Positions 1-12,867 are shown, counted from the first letter of the stretch. The stretch is 64,000 nt of DNA from an uncultured Gemmatimonadales bacterium (GCA_963771275.1 CAVYSW010000010.1:480001-544000), one strand, 5' to 3'. The notes: a model not told the origin generated them from the letters alone. Made by a program: numbers and translations.

Positions 1-272
1 CCACCGTACCCCCGGAGGAGGATCGCCGGCCGGACTCCGCGCCGCTGGTACCATCGGGCGATCCACGCGGCCATGGGCGTCTTGCCAGCGCCGCCCACCG
101 TGAGACCCCCGACGGCGACCGCGGGAAGCGCCAGCCGGTGGCGCGGTCGGAGGCCCGCCTGATAGGCTCGGCGGCGTGCGCGCATCGCACCGGTGTAGAG
201 CAGCGCCACCGGAACCAGCGCCGCCCGCGCGAGACGCGCGCCGAAGCCGCGCGACGTCCACAGAGCACTCAC
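1..272 (-). CDS. lpxK: Tetraacyldisaccharide 4'-kinase, N-terminal part (runs off window)
   Basis: Hand translation from GTG at 272 (GTGA overlap with upstream stop): MSALWTSRGFGARLARAALVPVALLY...VAVGGLTVGGAGKTP...ILLRGYG, the LpxK P-loop and RGY motifs; lipid A operon context. Confidence 0.9.
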   Translation of the reverse strand, partial: MSALWTSRGFGARLARAALVPVALLYTGAMRARRRAYQAGLRPRHRLALPAVAVGGLTVGGAGKTPMAAWIARWYQRRGVRPAILLRGYG

Positions 273-877
273 GGCAGCGCCGCGAGCGCGGCGACCGCGT
301 CGAGGCGCCTGGCCAGCTCGCCCGATGTCGCGTCCGCTCCATGGTCGAGGCCAGGGTCCATCGGCGGCCCATACGCGATGCGCACGCGGGCGAACGGATG
401 CGGGATCACGAGGCGGTCCCACGATCCCAGCTCCCAGGCGCTGCTCGCGCCCGCCGCCACCGGGAGGATCGGCGCGTGGACCCGCCGGGCGGCGTCCAGC
501 ACGCCGGACTTTACGACCCGGGCAGGCCCGCGTGGCCCATCGGGGGTCACCGCGACCGTCCCGCCGGCATCCAGCGTGCGGATCATCGCCCGAAGCGCCA
601 CCGCTCCACCGCGGGTGGTGGAGCCGCGCACCAGGCGATACCCCAGCCGCGTCGCGGAGTGGGCGAGCAGCTCGCCGTCGGCGTGTCGGCTCACCAGAAG
701 GGTGATGTCCTGCCGCCGGTGCCACCACAGCAGGGGGAGCAGCGTGCGATGCCACAGGGCGAACACGAAGCCGCCGCCCGCGCGGCGCGTCGACGCCAGG
801 TGCTCTCCGCCGACGACGTCGATCCGCCAGGTCGCCGCCAGGAGGCGCAGCAGGATGCGGAGCGCGAGCCGCCGCAT
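269..877 (-). CDS. DUF374 lysophospholipid acyltransferase family (LpxJ-like late lipid A acyltransferase)
   Basis: ALWH, LVSRHADGE, VRGST-RGG, TPDGPRGP and SWDR..IP.PF motifs; lies between lpxB and lpxK. Confidence 0.85.
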   Translation of the reverse strand: MRRLALRILLRLLAATWRIDVVGGEHLASTRRAGGGFVFALWHRTLLPLLWWHRRQDITLLVSRHADGELLAHSATRLGYRLVRGSTTRGGAVALRAMIRTLDAGGTVAVTPDGPRGPARVVKSGVLDAARRVHAPILPVAAGASSAWELGSWDRLVIPHPFARVRIAYGPPMDPGLDHGADATSGELARRLDAVAALAALP

Positions 878-1986
878 CAGGCGACGAGGTCCAATCCGAG
901 GCCCGCAACCCGCTGTGCCACACCTGGCGCACCGAGCCGCTCACGGGCCTCGGCGAAGGCGGCCCGCTGCGCGCGCGCCGGGGCCCCGTCGCGGTCCAGC
1001 AGGGGCCGCACCGCTTCGGCGAGGGCACGGGGACATGCCGCGCGCTGCAGCAGCTCGGGGACCACCTGCCGCCCGAGAATCAGGTTCACCAGGCCGACGT
1101 GCGCGACCCGCACGACGTGCGTCGCGATGGCGAACGTGAGTGGGTGCATCCGGTAGGCGACTACGTGGGGGACGTTTGCCAGGGCCGCTTCGAGCGTCGT
1201 CGAGCCGGACTTGCAGAGCGCGGCGTCCGCGGCGGCGACCACGGCGCCGGCGTCGCCGTGCACGAGCGCGAGGTCGTCGGCCAGCTCATGCTCTCCCCGA
1301 GGCCCGTCGGCGAGCAGGATGGTGAGGTCGCGGTGCTCCGCGCGCAGGCGGCGCGCCGCTTCACGAAACAGCGGCCAGAGCGCCCGGCGCTCGGCGGGCC
1401 GGCTCCCCGGGAACAGCGCCAGGGCCGGCGCGTCGGACTCGATCCCGAGGCAGGCGCGCGCGTCCCGGCGGGTGGGCGGCGCGCGGTCGAGCAGCGGATG
1501 ACCGACGAAGCGGGCGTCCAGGCCGCGGGATCGGAAGTACGCCTCCTCGAACGGGAGCGCGACCGCGAGGCGCCGCACCACGCGGCGCAACGTCGTCGCG
1601 CGCCATGCGCCCCAGGCCCACAGCTGGGGGGGCAGGTAATAGAGGACGGGAATGCCGGCCTCGTGGGCGGTGCGGGCGACGCGCAGGTGGAACCCCGGAT
1701 AATCGACGAGGACGGCGAGGTCGTAACGGCGGGCGCGCAGGTGGCGTCGGACGCGTCGCAGCGCCGCGACGTGCGCCAAGGCACTGCCGGCGGCCTCGGC
1801 GAGCCCCATGGCTCCCAGCCCGTCGGCCGATTCCAGGATCCGGACGCCCGCGGCGCGCATGGCCGGCCCGCCCATCCCCTCGAGGCGCGCATCCGGCGCC
1901 GCGGTGCGGAGTGCCGCCGCGAGGGAGCCGGCATAGCGGTCGCCCGATGGCTCTCCCGCTGAAAGGTAGATGGCCCGCGGCGTCAC
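877..1986 (-). CDS. lpxB: Lipid-A-disaccharide synthase
   Basis: AGEPSGD, VDYPGFHL, PQLWAW, FVGHPL, LFPGSR, KSGSTTLE motifs. Confidence 0.95.
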   Translation of the reverse strand: MTPRAIYLSAGEPSGDRYAGSLAAALRTAAPDARLEGMGGPAMRAAGVRILESADGLGAMGLAEAAGSALAHVAALRRVRRHLRARRYDLAVLVDYPGFHLRVARTAHEAGIPVLYYLPPQLWAWGAWRATTLRRVVRRLAVALPFEEAYFRSRGLDARFVGHPLLDRAPPTRRDARACLGIESDAPALALFPGSRPAERRALWPLFREAARRLRAEHRDLTILLADGPRGEHELADDLALVHGDAGAVVAAADAALCKSGSTTLEAALANVPHVVAYRMHPLTFAIATHVVRVAHVGLVNLILGRQVVPELLQRAACPRALAEAVRPLLDRDGAPARAQRAAFAEARERLGAPGVAQRVAGLGLDLVA

Positions 1987-2759
1987 CCGACGAGCACGCC
2001 CCTCTCCGACGTGACGACGAAATCCAGCAGCCGGTCGACCTCCGGCGGCCTGGTGGGATCGGCCCGCAGCTCAGCCACCGCGGCGGCGGTCGTACGGCTG
2101 GAGTTGAACAGCAGCCGGAAGGCGCGCTGCAGGGCCAGTCGGACGGGCGGCGGGAAGGCGGCGCGACGAAGCCCGACGGCGTTGATGCCGTAGAGGCGCA
2201 GGGGGATTCCCGCCACGCGGGCAAACGGCGGGACGTCCTGCGGCACGCGGGAGCCCCCGCCGAGGAACGCGTATTCGCCGATTCGGACGAACTGGTGAAC
2301 CGGGGTCTGGCCGCCGATCCACGCGTGATGGCCGATGGTCACGTGACCGGCGAGCTGTACGTCGTTCGCGATCACCACGTCGTCGCCGATCACGCAATCG
2401 TGGGCGACATGCACATAGGTCATGAGAAAGCAGCGCGATCCGATGCGCGTGACGCCCCCCGGGGTCGCGGCCCGATTGATCGTGCTGTACTCGCGGATCT
2501 TGGTCTCGTCGCCGATGTCGACCTGCGTCGGTCCACCGCCGTACTTCACGTCCTGCGGGGGGCTCCCGATCACCACGCCGTAACCGATGGTGCAGCCGCG
2601 TCCGACGCGCGTGTCACGCTCGATCACGGCGTGGGCCTGGATTTCCGTGCTCTCCCCCACCTCGACCCCGGGACCGACCACGGCATACGGACCGACGAGC
2701 ACGTCGGCGCCGAGCTCGGCGCGAGGATCGATCACGGCCGTCGGATGGACCTGGACCAT
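1983..2759 (-). CDS. lpxA: UDP-N-acetylglucosamine acyltransferase
   Basis: Start MVQVHPTAVID at 2759 overlapping upstream stop; hexapeptide repeats, PQDVKY, HVAHDC, HQFVRIG, GINAVGLRR. Confidence 0.95.
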   Translation of the reverse strand: MVQVHPTAVIDPRAELGADVLVGPYAVVGPGVEVGESTEIQAHAVIERDTRVGRGCTIGYGVVIGSPPQDVKYGGGPTQVDIGDETKIREYSTINRAATPGGVTRIGSRCFLMTYVHVAHDCVIGDDVVIANDVQLAGHVTIGHHAWIGGQTPVHQFVRIGEYAFLGGGSRVPQDVPPFARVAGIPLRLYGINAVGLRRAAFPPPVRLALQRAFRLLFNSSRTTAAAVAELRADPTRPPEVDRLLDFVVTSERGVLVG

Positions 2760-4042
2760 CAGCGGTCGATGAGACGGGCGGCCATTTCGGCCTCCGCCAC
2801 CGGCTGCCCGTCCACGTAGGCGACGCCGCGAATCCGGCAGTTGCGGCCGCGGAACTGCAGGACGTCGAGCTCGAAGCGCAGCTGATCGCCGGGGATTACG
2901 GGACGGCGGAACTTCACATTGTCGAGCGTCATGAAGTAGACGACTTTCGTCTCGGGGTCGTCTACCGAGCCCATCAGCAACACCCCGCCGGCCTGGGCCA
3001 GGGCTTCGATGATCAGGACGCCGGGCATGACGGGATGGCCGGGGAAGTGACCCTGGAAGAACGGCTCGTTGAACGTGACGTTCTTGATGCCGACGATCCG
3101 ATCTCGACCCTGGATCTCGATGATCCGGTCGACGAGCAGCATCGGATAGCGGTGCGGCAGGGTCCCGAGGATCTGGTCGATGCCCATCACGGGGGGGCCC
3201 GTCATGCTCGCCACGCGGCGCAGCGCCCGCGCCACGGCCACGTTGCCGGCATGACTGGGTCGGAACGCCATGATCGCCGCCTCGACCCGCCCCCCGGCCA
3301 GCGCGAGGTCGCCCAGCAGATCGACCGCCTTGTGGCGCGCGAACTCGTCGGGCCAGCGGAGCGCCGAGCCGGCGGCGAGCCCGGATGCGGTGAGCAGGAT
3401 CGTGTTCTCGGCCGACGCGCCGAGCGCGAGCCCCCGGGCCTGGAGGCTCTCCCGCTCCGCGACGAAGCCGAACGTGCGCGCCCGAGCCAGCGCGTCCGCG
3501 AACGCGTCGGCCGCTGCGTCGTAGCAGCCGCTCTGGCGGCCGATCAGCGGGTGCGGCCATTCGACCGTCACGGTGATCCGCAGCGTCGACGCCGGGGCGA
3601 GCACGTATTCCGCGTCGCCTTCGCGGACGGTGAGCGGGGCGGCGACGCGCCAGACCACCGGCTGCCCGGCGTGCTCCACGGTCCCGGCGCCGCGCAGGGC
3701 GTCGAACAGCGCGCCGGCGCTGCCGTCGCCGGCCGGGATCTCGGGGCCGTCCACCTCGACGCGCAGGTCGTCGAGGCCGAGTGCGGTGGCGGCGGCGAGC
3801 AGGTGCTCCACCGTCTGCACGGCGTGATCGCCCGTGCCCAGCACGACCCCGCGGTCGGTCGCGCTGACGCGCTCCGGGAGCGCTGGCACGGGGATGGGCT
3901 CCGGGGTGTCGGTCCGCAGGAAGACGATGCCGGAGCCGGATGCCGCCGGGAGCAGCCGGATGGCGCAGGGCCGTCCGGTGTGGAGTCCGGTCCCCCGGAC
4001 GGATGCGGAGGCGGCCAGGGTGCGTCTAGTCGCTGCGCTCAT
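2759..4042 (-). CDS. lpxC-fabZ: Bifunctional LpxC deacetylase / FabZ dehydratase
   Basis: GTGLHTG, TVEHLL, DGSA, ARTFGF, RHKAVDLLGD followed in frame by LPHRYPMLLVDRI and FFQGHFPGHPVMPGVL. Confidence 0.95.
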   Translation of the reverse strand: MSAATRRTLAASASVRGTGLHTGRPCAIRLLPAASGSGIVFLRTDTPEPIPVPALPERVSATDRGVVLGTGDHAVQTVEHLLAAATALGLDDLRVEVDGPEIPAGDGSAGALFDALRGAGTVEHAGQPVVWRVAAPLTVREGDAEYVLAPASTLRITVTVEWPHPLIGRQSGCYDAAADAFADALARARTFGFVAERESLQARGLALGASAENTILLTASGLAAGSALRWPDEFARHKAVDLLGDLALAGGRVEAAIMAFRPSHAGNVAVARALRRVASMTGPPVMGIDQILGTLPHRYPMLLVDRIIEIQGRDRIVGIKNVTFNEPFFQGHFPGHPVMPGVLIIEALAQAGGVLLMGSVDDPETKVVYFMTLDNVKFRRPVIPGDQLRFELDVLQFRGRNCRIRGVAYVDGQPVAEAEMAARLIDR

Positions 4043-5060
4043 GGGAATGGAGCAGTCGCTCGAGAGAGGTGACCAGAGGAGTGAGACGGGTAAGCGCGGC
4101 ATGCTGCCGCAGCACGCGTCGGTGATCCCGGGCCGGGTATCCCGAGACGGTCGCACCGGCGGCGATGTCGCCGATCACGCCGCTCTGCGCCGCGATGCGG
4201 GCGCCGTCGCCCACCCGCAGCTGGCCGGCGAGGCCTGCCTGCCCGGCGAGGATCACATCGTCGCCGATGGTCGTGGTCCCGGCAATGCCAACCTGTGCCA
4301 TGATCACGCAGCGGGCTCCGATCCGCACGTTGTGCCCGACCTGAACGAGGTTGTCGATCTTCGTGCCGGGTCCGATGCAGGTAGTGCCCACCGATCCGCG
4401 GTCCACGGTGCTGTTGGCCCCGAGCTCGACGTCGTCGCCCAGTTGGCAGCGGCCGACATGTGGCAGCCGTTCGCGACCCGCGCCGACCGCCGTGTACCCG
4501 AATCCTTCGGTGCCGATCCGCGCGCCGGCCTTGGCGACCACGCGGTGTCCCAGCTCGGCGCCGGCGGCGATCAGCACATGCTCGTCGATGCGGCACGTGT
4601 CGCCCAGCACGGCGCCCTCGCCGATCTGCGCGTAGGCGCCGACGCGGCAGTCCGCGCCGAGCCGCACGCCCGGACCGAGGACCGCGTAAGGACCCACGGC
4701 GATCCGCCCCACCCAGCGACAGCCCCGCCCTACCGATGCGGTCGCGGCGATCCCCCACGCCGGTGGGGGCGCCGGGAACAGCGCGCGCAGCACGGTGCCG
4801 AGTGCCGCCCGCGGGTCGGACACCACGATGCGCGTCGCGGGCCCGGCCGCCACGTCCCGGTACTGCGGCGCGACGAGCACGACGCCCGCGTTCGAGCGCC
4901 GAAAATACGGGAGGTGGGCTCCCGAGGCAAGAAACGCGAGATCGCCGGGGCCGGCCTCGTCCAGCGAGGCGGCGCCGGCGATTGCCGCGTCCGGCCGACC
5001 GATCACTTCGCCGCCGACCAGCTCCGCGATCTCGCGCGCGGTGAGATGCCGCGCCGACAT
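4026..5060 (-). CDS. lpxD: UDP-3-O-acylglucosamine N-acyltransferase
   Basis: Hexapeptide repeats, GTEGFGY, GANSTVDRG, KIDNLVQVGHNV, GYPA. Confidence 0.95.
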   Translation of the reverse strand: MSARHLTAREIAELVGGEVIGRPDAAIAGAASLDEAGPGDLAFLASGAHLPYFRRSNAGVVLVAPQYRDVAAGPATRIVVSDPRAALGTVLRALFPAPPPAWGIAATASVGRGCRWVGRIAVGPYAVLGPGVRLGADCRVGAYAQIGEGAVLGDTCRIDEHVLIAAGAELGHRVVAKAGARIGTEGFGYTAVGAGRERLPHVGRCQLGDDVELGANSTVDRGSVGTTCIGPGTKIDNLVQVGHNVRIGARCVIMAQVGIAGTTTIGDDVILAGQAGLAGQLRVGDGARIAAQSGVIGDIAAGATVSGYPARDHRRVLRQHAALTRLTPLVTSLERLLHSHERSD

Positions 5061-5065
5061 GGACG

Positions 5066-5650
5066 CTACTGCGTCGTCTGCAGTCGCTGCACGACCACGG
5101 TCGTGAGGTCGAGCGTCCGGTCTGCGGCGACGACGTTGTTGCCGGGTGCCCCCACGTCGAAGATGAACAGGAGGTTGCGCTCGGCGCGAAGGCCCTCGAT
5201 CACCCCTTTGACGCGCTCTTCGAGCGGCGCGACCAGCTCGCGCTCGCGACTGGCGGCCTTGTCCTGCAGTTCGTTGTACCGCTGCTGGAGCCGCTGCTGC
5301 ATGTCGCGGATTTCCTGCTGCTTGGTCTGCCGGGTCGACGGCGAGAGCGCGATCTGCTGGCGGTCGTAGTCCCGGACCATCGAGTCGAGCTGGGTTTGCA
5401 TGCGCTCGACCTCGGCGCGGTATCCCGAGACCTCCACGTTCAGCGTCGACTCGGCCTGGGCGTATCCCGGGACCTGGCGGAGGATCAGTTGTGAGTTGAC
5501 CCAGCCGAAGCGCGCGCCGCTCTGGGGGGTCTGCGCCGCCGCGGCCGGGGGCTGGTTCTGGGCGGCGGTGGGGCCGGCCGACAGCACCAGCAGCAGTGCA
5601 GCAGTGGGTGCCAGGAGACGGACCGGGTCGAGAAGACGAGAGTGTGTCAT
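5066..5650 (-). CDS. skp: OmpH/Skp periplasmic chaperone
   Basis: Signal peptide, coiled coil, C-terminal DLTTVV; between bamA and lpxD. Confidence 0.9.
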   Translation of the reverse strand: MTHSRLLDPVRLLAPTAALLLVLSAGPTAAQNQPPAAAAQTPQSGARFGWVNSQLILRQVPGYAQAESTLNVEVSGYRAEVERMQTQLDSMVRDYDRQQIALSPSTRQTKQQEIRDMQQRLQQRYNELQDKAASRERELVAPLEERVKGVIEGLRAERNLLFIFDVGAPGNNVVAADRTLDLTTVVVQRLQTTQ

Positions 5651-5671
5651 GATCGCGTGCCCATCAAGAGG

Positions 5672-8068
5672 TTAGAAGACGTTGCCAAGCTTGAAGTGCA
5701 GCTTCCAGCCCGGTGCCGGATTGCCGTTGATGTCTGTCCGGTCGAAGCCGTACGCATAGTCGAGCCCGATCGGCCCCAGCGGCGAGAGCACCGCCACGCC
5801 AAGGCCCGCGCCGCGGAACAGGCGTGTGGGGTTGAACTGACCGGGGGTGGCCCACACGTTCCCGGCGTCGAAGAAGGTGCTGAGGTAGAGGGCCTGACTG
5901 ATCCGCATCCCGATCTCGGCGGACGAGACGAAGTACGAGGCCCCGAAGGCATCCACCGTGCTGGCGCTCGTGCCGCTCGCGCGCGGGTCGAAGCCGGCCG
6001 GCGTGACCGAAAACTCGTCGTAGCCACGCAACGGGATGCCGTACTGCGTGCCGCCGAGCGCGAACAGCTGACGGAAATGCGGGCCGGCGTCTCCCCAGAC
6101 GAAGCCGGACTCCGCCCGCAGGCCGAGCACGAACTTGATCTGGCTGCCGCCCGGCTTGCTGCCGCCGAGCTGCCCGAGCGGCGCGTACCACCGTCCCGCG
6201 ATTGTGGCTCGGCGGAAGTTCCCGTCGCCGCCCAGGATGCCGCCGTTGAACGAGAGGCGCGTCTCGTACATGCTGCCGCCCGTGGGGAACGGCAGCTCGA
6301 TGCGAGTATCCCGAACGAGGCCGAATCCGACCGCGGAGAGCAGGCAGTTCGAGCATGTGAAGCGCGGCTGCAGCGTGGGGGAATCGTAGCTCGACTCGTC
6401 CAGCGTGTACGAGGTGAGGACCCGAGTGTAGCGCGACCCGAAGAACGGGAAGCCGAGTTGGATGCTCCCCCCGCGTGTGCGAATCCGGCCCAGGTCCGCG
6501 ATCGTGTACCGCAGTCGGCTGCTGTGCAGGCTCAATGCGCCGGAAATGAGCCCGCCGCGGATGGCCGGATCGCTGTAGGTGACGTTGAAGTCCGAGATGT
6601 TCTGCCCGAACTGCCACTGGAACTGCACCCGTTTGCCGCGACCGAGGACGTTGGGCTCGTCGAGGCCGATGAACCCGCCCACCCCCGTCCCCTGCCCCAC
6701 CGACGCGCCGAAATTGATGTTGCCGGTACGCCGCTCCTCGACGCGGAACACCACGTCCACGTCCACGCGGTTCTCGGTCGGCTGGATCTGGGGAATCTCG
6801 AGCGGCTGCTGGAAGAAGCCCAGGTTCGTCACGTTGCGGTAGGCCTGGATCAGCGCGTCCTGGCGGAACACGTCACCGGGCACCAGCGGAAACGTGGCCC
6901 GTCGCACCACGCTCTCGTGCGTGACCGTGTTGCCCACGATCGTCACGCGGTGGATGGTGGCGGGCTCACCTTCCGCGACCTGCCAGCGCAGGTCCACGAG
7001 GTGCCGGCCGTCCGGCGCCGTCCGCCTGGAGATGACGGACCGGACGTCCGCGTATAGGTAGCCGTTGTTCCCGTAGAGCGTCTGGACGGCCTGCGTGGCC
7101 TTGTTCCATTCCGCCTCGTCGAACGTCGCCGGTCCGGATCGGCTCCCCAGGCCGAGGAAGCCGGAGGCGGACACCGATCCGAAGGGGTAGTACTGCTCGA
7201 GCTGCTCGGCCGAGAACCGGCGGTTCCCCACGACCTCGAACGCCCCGACGTCGTAGCGGTTACCCTCATCGACCGTGACGACCAGGGTTCCCTTGCCCGT
7301 CTCCTCGTTCACGACCAGCGTGTCGCGCAGCACGTGGAAATCGATGAACCCCTGGGAAGCGTAGAACGCCGGGAGCCGCTCCCGGAGGTCGCGCTCGAGC
7401 TGCGTGTCGTCGTACTCGCCGCGCTGGAACCACCAGAAGCCCTCTGGCCCGGTCTTCATCTTGCCGGCGACGACGGCGTCCGGGAACGCGGTGTTGCCGT
7501 CCACGACGACCTGGGAGATCGCGACCCGGCGGCCCTCGTCGACGTCGAACACGACCCGCAGGGTTCCGTCGGTCTGCGGGAGCTCGCGCAGCGTCGCATG
7601 CGCCAGGTAGTACCCTTCGCGGCGGTACAGCGAGTCGATCGCGGCCAGCGACCGTTGTGCCGCCGCAGGGTCGTAGGGCCGGCCCTCCGGCAGCTTCACC
7701 TTACCGCGCACGCTGCGCTCCGACATGCGCGCGACGCCGCGCATGCTCCAGCCGGCCAGCAGCGGGCGCTCCACGACCTCGATGCGCAGAATCTGCCGCC
7801 CCCCCACCTCGCCTTGGGACATGCGGACGTCGTCGAACTGCCCCGTGCCGTAGAGCGCCGTGATCGCGCGCTGCACGTCGCGGTACGACACCTCCTGATG
7901 CAGCGGAATGCCCGCCACGCCCAGGATCTGCGGTATGGGCACCCGGCGGGCGCCCAGCACGGCGATGCTGTCGAGCACCGTCGTGAGCGGCGCACGCTCC
8001 TGCGCGGGGAGCGGGTGCGGTGCGACGAGCCCGACCGCGGCGCCGGCGATCAGGAGGAGGTGCCGCAC
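5672..8068 (-). CDS. bamA: Outer membrane protein assembly factor BamA
   Basis: Signal peptide, POTRA-like repeats, LRGY loop motif, SPLGPIGLDYAYG, C-terminal Phe. Confidence 0.93.
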   Translation of the reverse strand: MRHLLLIAGAAVGLVAPHPLPAQERAPLTTVLDSIAVLGARRVPIPQILGVAGIPLHQEVSYRDVQRAITALYGTGQFDDVRMSQGEVGGRQILRIEVVERPLLAGWSMRGVARMSERSVRGKVKLPEGRPYDPAAAQRSLAAIDSLYRREGYYLAHATLRELPQTDGTLRVVFDVDEGRRVAISQVVVDGNTAFPDAVVAGKMKTGPEGFWWFQRGEYDDTQLERDLRERLPAFYASQGFIDFHVLRDTLVVNEETGKGTLVVTVDEGNRYDVGAFEVVGNRRFSAEQLEQYYPFGSVSASGFLGLGSRSGPATFDEAEWNKATQAVQTLYGNNGYLYADVRSVISRRTAPDGRHLVDLRWQVAEGEPATIHRVTIVGNTVTHESVVRRATFPLVPGDVFRQDALIQAYRNVTNLGFFQQPLEIPQIQPTENRVDVDVVFRVEERRTGNINFGASVGQGTGVGGFIGLDEPNVLGRGKRVQFQWQFGQNISDFNVTYSDPAIRGGLISGALSLHSSRLRYTIADLGRIRTRGGSIQLGFPFFGSRYTRVLTSYTLDESSYDSPTLQPRFTCSNCLLSAVGFGLVRDTRIELPFPTGGSMYETRLSFNGGILGGDGNFRRATIAGRWYAPLGQLGGSKPGGSQIKFVLGLRAESGFVWGDAGPHFRQLFALGGTQYGIPLRGYDEFSVTPAGFDPRASGTSASTVDAFGASYFVSSAEIGMRISQALYLSTFFDAGNVWATPGQFNPTRLFRGAGLGVAVLSPLGPIGLDYAYGFDRTDINGNPAPGWKLHFKLGNVF

Positions 8069-10549
<2,481 letters not shown>

Positions 10550-10559
10550 GGTGGCTCGC

Positions 10560-11672
10560 TCAAGACTCGGTGGTTGGCGGCCCGTTCCGCTGGCGTCGCG
10601 CGGCGTCTTCCTCCAGCAGGGTGCGCACGTAGCCCGCGCGAACCGCCGGCAGGTCGGGATCGGTGAGGGTCCGCTCGGTACGCTGCGCGAGGTGCGCAGG
10701 CTGCGTGAAGACGAGCAGCTTGTTCAAGGTGTATACACTCAGGTCCGTGATCAGGTTCAGCCCAACGCCCAGCCGCACGCCGCTCAGCAGATTCATCGCC
10801 TCTTCGAGCGACAGACTCCGCGCGTACCGCAGCAGCCCGTAGGCCCGCCAGACCTTGTCGGCGATGACGGTCGGGGCGTCGCGCTGCAGCACCTCCCGCG
10901 CCTGCTCCTCGTACTGGATCACCTGCCGGACGATCTTCGCCAGATGGTCGAGCAGCTCCTCCGCAGACTTCCCCAGCGTGGTCTGGTTCGAAAGCTGGAA
11001 GAAGTTGCCGACGACCTCGCTGCCCTCGCCGTAGAGGCCGCGAAAGGTCAGCCCGACTTGGCTGAGGCCCTGCAGCACCTTGGCGATTTCTTTCGTGAGC
11101 ACGAGGCCCGGGAGGTGGATCAGCACCGACGCACGGAGCCCCGTACCCGCGTTCGTCGGACACGAGGTAAGGTAACCAAACTCCGGATGGAAGGCGAAGG
11201 GCATGCTCGCCCCGAGCGCGCGATCCACGCGCCCGGTGTCGGCGAACGCGGGCTCCGGCGCAAAGCCGGACTTGAGCACCTGGAGCCGAAGGTGGTCTTC
11301 CTCGTTGATCATCACGCCGACGTCCCCGTTGGTCAGCAGCGCGGCACCGTGGCGCACGCCGTCACGACTCCCCAGCCCCGCGAGCTCCTTGGAGACGAGA
11401 TGGCGCTCGTGCAGCAACTGGCGCTCGAGGCGCGACAACCGGTCCACCCGGTAGACCGCGGCCCCGGCCAGCTCGGGCGCGTCGCGCGCCGCCGCCAGCA
11501 CACCCTCGAGCAGGTGCTCGCGCTCCGCGTCGTCGGCCCGGTGGGTGAACGGCACCCCGCGCAGGTTGCGGGCGAGGCGGATCCGCGTGGAGAGGACGAT
11601 GTGGGGGGCCGGGCCGCTCGCATCGAGCCACGATACCCCGCCGTCGGGCAGCAGGGCGAAGTCGAGCGTCAT
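10560..11672 (-). CDS. mcsB: Protein-arginine kinase McsB
   Basis: STRIRLARN, MINEEDHLR, GYLTSCPTNAGTGLRASV, FQLSNQTTLG. Confidence 0.95.
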   Translation of the reverse strand: MTLDFALLPDGGVSWLDASGPAPHIVLSTRIRLARNLRGVPFTHRADDAEREHLLEGVLAAARDAPELAGAAVYRVDRLSRLERQLLHERHLVSKELAGLGSRDGVRHGAALLTNGDVGVMINEEDHLRLQVLKSGFAPEPAFADTGRVDRALGASMPFAFHPEFGYLTSCPTNAGTGLRASVLIHLPGLVLTKEIAKVLQGLSQVGLTFRGLYGEGSEVVGNFFQLSNQTTLGKSAEELLDHLAKIVRQVIQYEEQAREVLQRDAPTVIADKVWRAYGLLRYARSLSLEEAMNLLSGVRLGVGLNLITDLSVYTLNKLLVFTQPAHLAQRTERTLTDPDLPAVRAGYVRTLLEEDAARRQRNGPPTTES

Positions 11673-12166
11673 TCGAGCGCCCGAATCTGGTCACGCAGTC
11701 GCGCGGCGAGCTCGAAGTTCTCCGTGGCCACGGCACGTTGCAGCTGCTCCCGCAGCTCGGTGAGATCCGGTGCCGGGGCCTCCGGCTCCCGCAGCGCCGA
11801 CGGACCGGGGTACGGCACCCCCACATGCTGGCTGGAGCCGTGGACCCGCCGCAGGAGGGTGCGCAGGTGCGCCGCGAACGTCGTGTAGCATTCGGGGCAT
11901 CCCAATCGCCCCGAGTCCTGGAAGTCCTGCAGCGTGGCTCCGCAGGCGCTGCACGCCTCCGCCCCGGACGCCGGCGTGGCTGGCGCCGTCCCCTCGCCCA
12001 TCGAGGCGAGGAAGTCCGACAGCGGGAACTTGGCCACGCTGGCCTCGGTGTGCACGCCCTTCTCGGCGGCACACACCTCGCACAGGTGCTGCTGCGTGAC
12101 GGTGTTGTTCACGATCTGGGTGAGGTGGATTGCCGCCGGGCGCTCACCGCACTGCTCGCACAGCAT
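11669..12166 (-). CDS. mcsA: McsB activator McsA
   Basis: Four CxxC motifs (CEQC, CEVC, CSAC, CPEC), GRLGC, C-terminal UVR domain. Confidence 0.93.
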   Translation of the reverse strand: MLCEQCGERPAAIHLTQIVNNTVTQQHLCEVCAAEKGVHTEASVAKFPLSDFLASMGEGTAPATPASGAEACSACGATLQDFQDSGRLGCPECYTTFAAHLRTLLRRVHGSSQHVGVPYPGPSALREPEAPAPDLTELREQLQRAVATENFELAARLRDQIRALE

Positions 12167-12867
12167 CAGGACATCGCCTCGGCCGCGGTGGCCGGACGCA
12201 GGATCCCGCTCTCCAGCAGCAGGATCCGGTCGGCCCGCTCGGCGAGATCGCGGTTGTGCGTCGCCACCACCAGCGCGGTCTCGAGCGTGCGGGCCAGCCC
12301 CGCCAGGAGGTCGTGGAGCTGCGCGCTGTGCGCGTGATCGAGATTGCCGCTTGGCTCGTCGGCCAGCACCACGCCCGGGTCGTGCACGATCGCGCGCGCG
12401 ACCGCGCAGCGCTGCTGCTCGCCGCCTGACAGCTCGGCGGGGCGATGCGACGCGCGCTCGGCCAGCCCGACCTGCGCCAGCACGTCCGCCGCGCGCTGCT
12501 GGGCGATGGCCGGGGCGAGTCCCGCGATCAGCAGCGGCATCATCACGTTCTCGAGCGCCGTAAACTCCCGCAACAGGTGGTGGAACTGGAAGACGAAGCC
12601 GACCTCCCGATTCCGCAGATGATCGCGCTCCGCGTCCGACAGGCCGGCATACGGCACCCCGCGCAGCCGGATCTCGCCCGCCGTGGGCCCGTCGAGCGCG
12701 CCCAGCAAGTGCAGCAGCGTGGTCTTCCCCGCTCCGCTGGCGCCGACGATCGCCACCATCTCGCCGCGGCGCACGTCGAGATCCACGGAGGTCAGCACCA
12801 CGAGTGGCCTGCCGTCGCCGCCGCGGTACACCTTGCGGATCGCCCGCGCCTCGAGGATCGCGCTCAT
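12166..12867 (-). CDS. lolD: Lipoprotein-releasing ABC transporter ATPase
   Basis: GASGAGKT, GFVFQFHHLL, LSGGEQQR, DEPSGNLD; adjacent to lolC/E. Confidence 0.92.
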   Translation of the reverse strand: MSAILEARAIRKVYRGGDGRPLVVLTSVDLDVRRGEMVAIVGASGAGKTTLLHLLGALDGPTAGEIRLRGVPYAGLSDAERDHLRNREVGFVFQFHHLLREFTALENVMMPLLIAGLAPAIAQQRAADVLAQVGLAERASHRPAELSGGEQQRCAVARAIVHDPGVVLADEPSGNLDHAHSAQLHDLLAGLARTLETALVVATHNRDLAERADRILLLESGILRPATAAEAMS

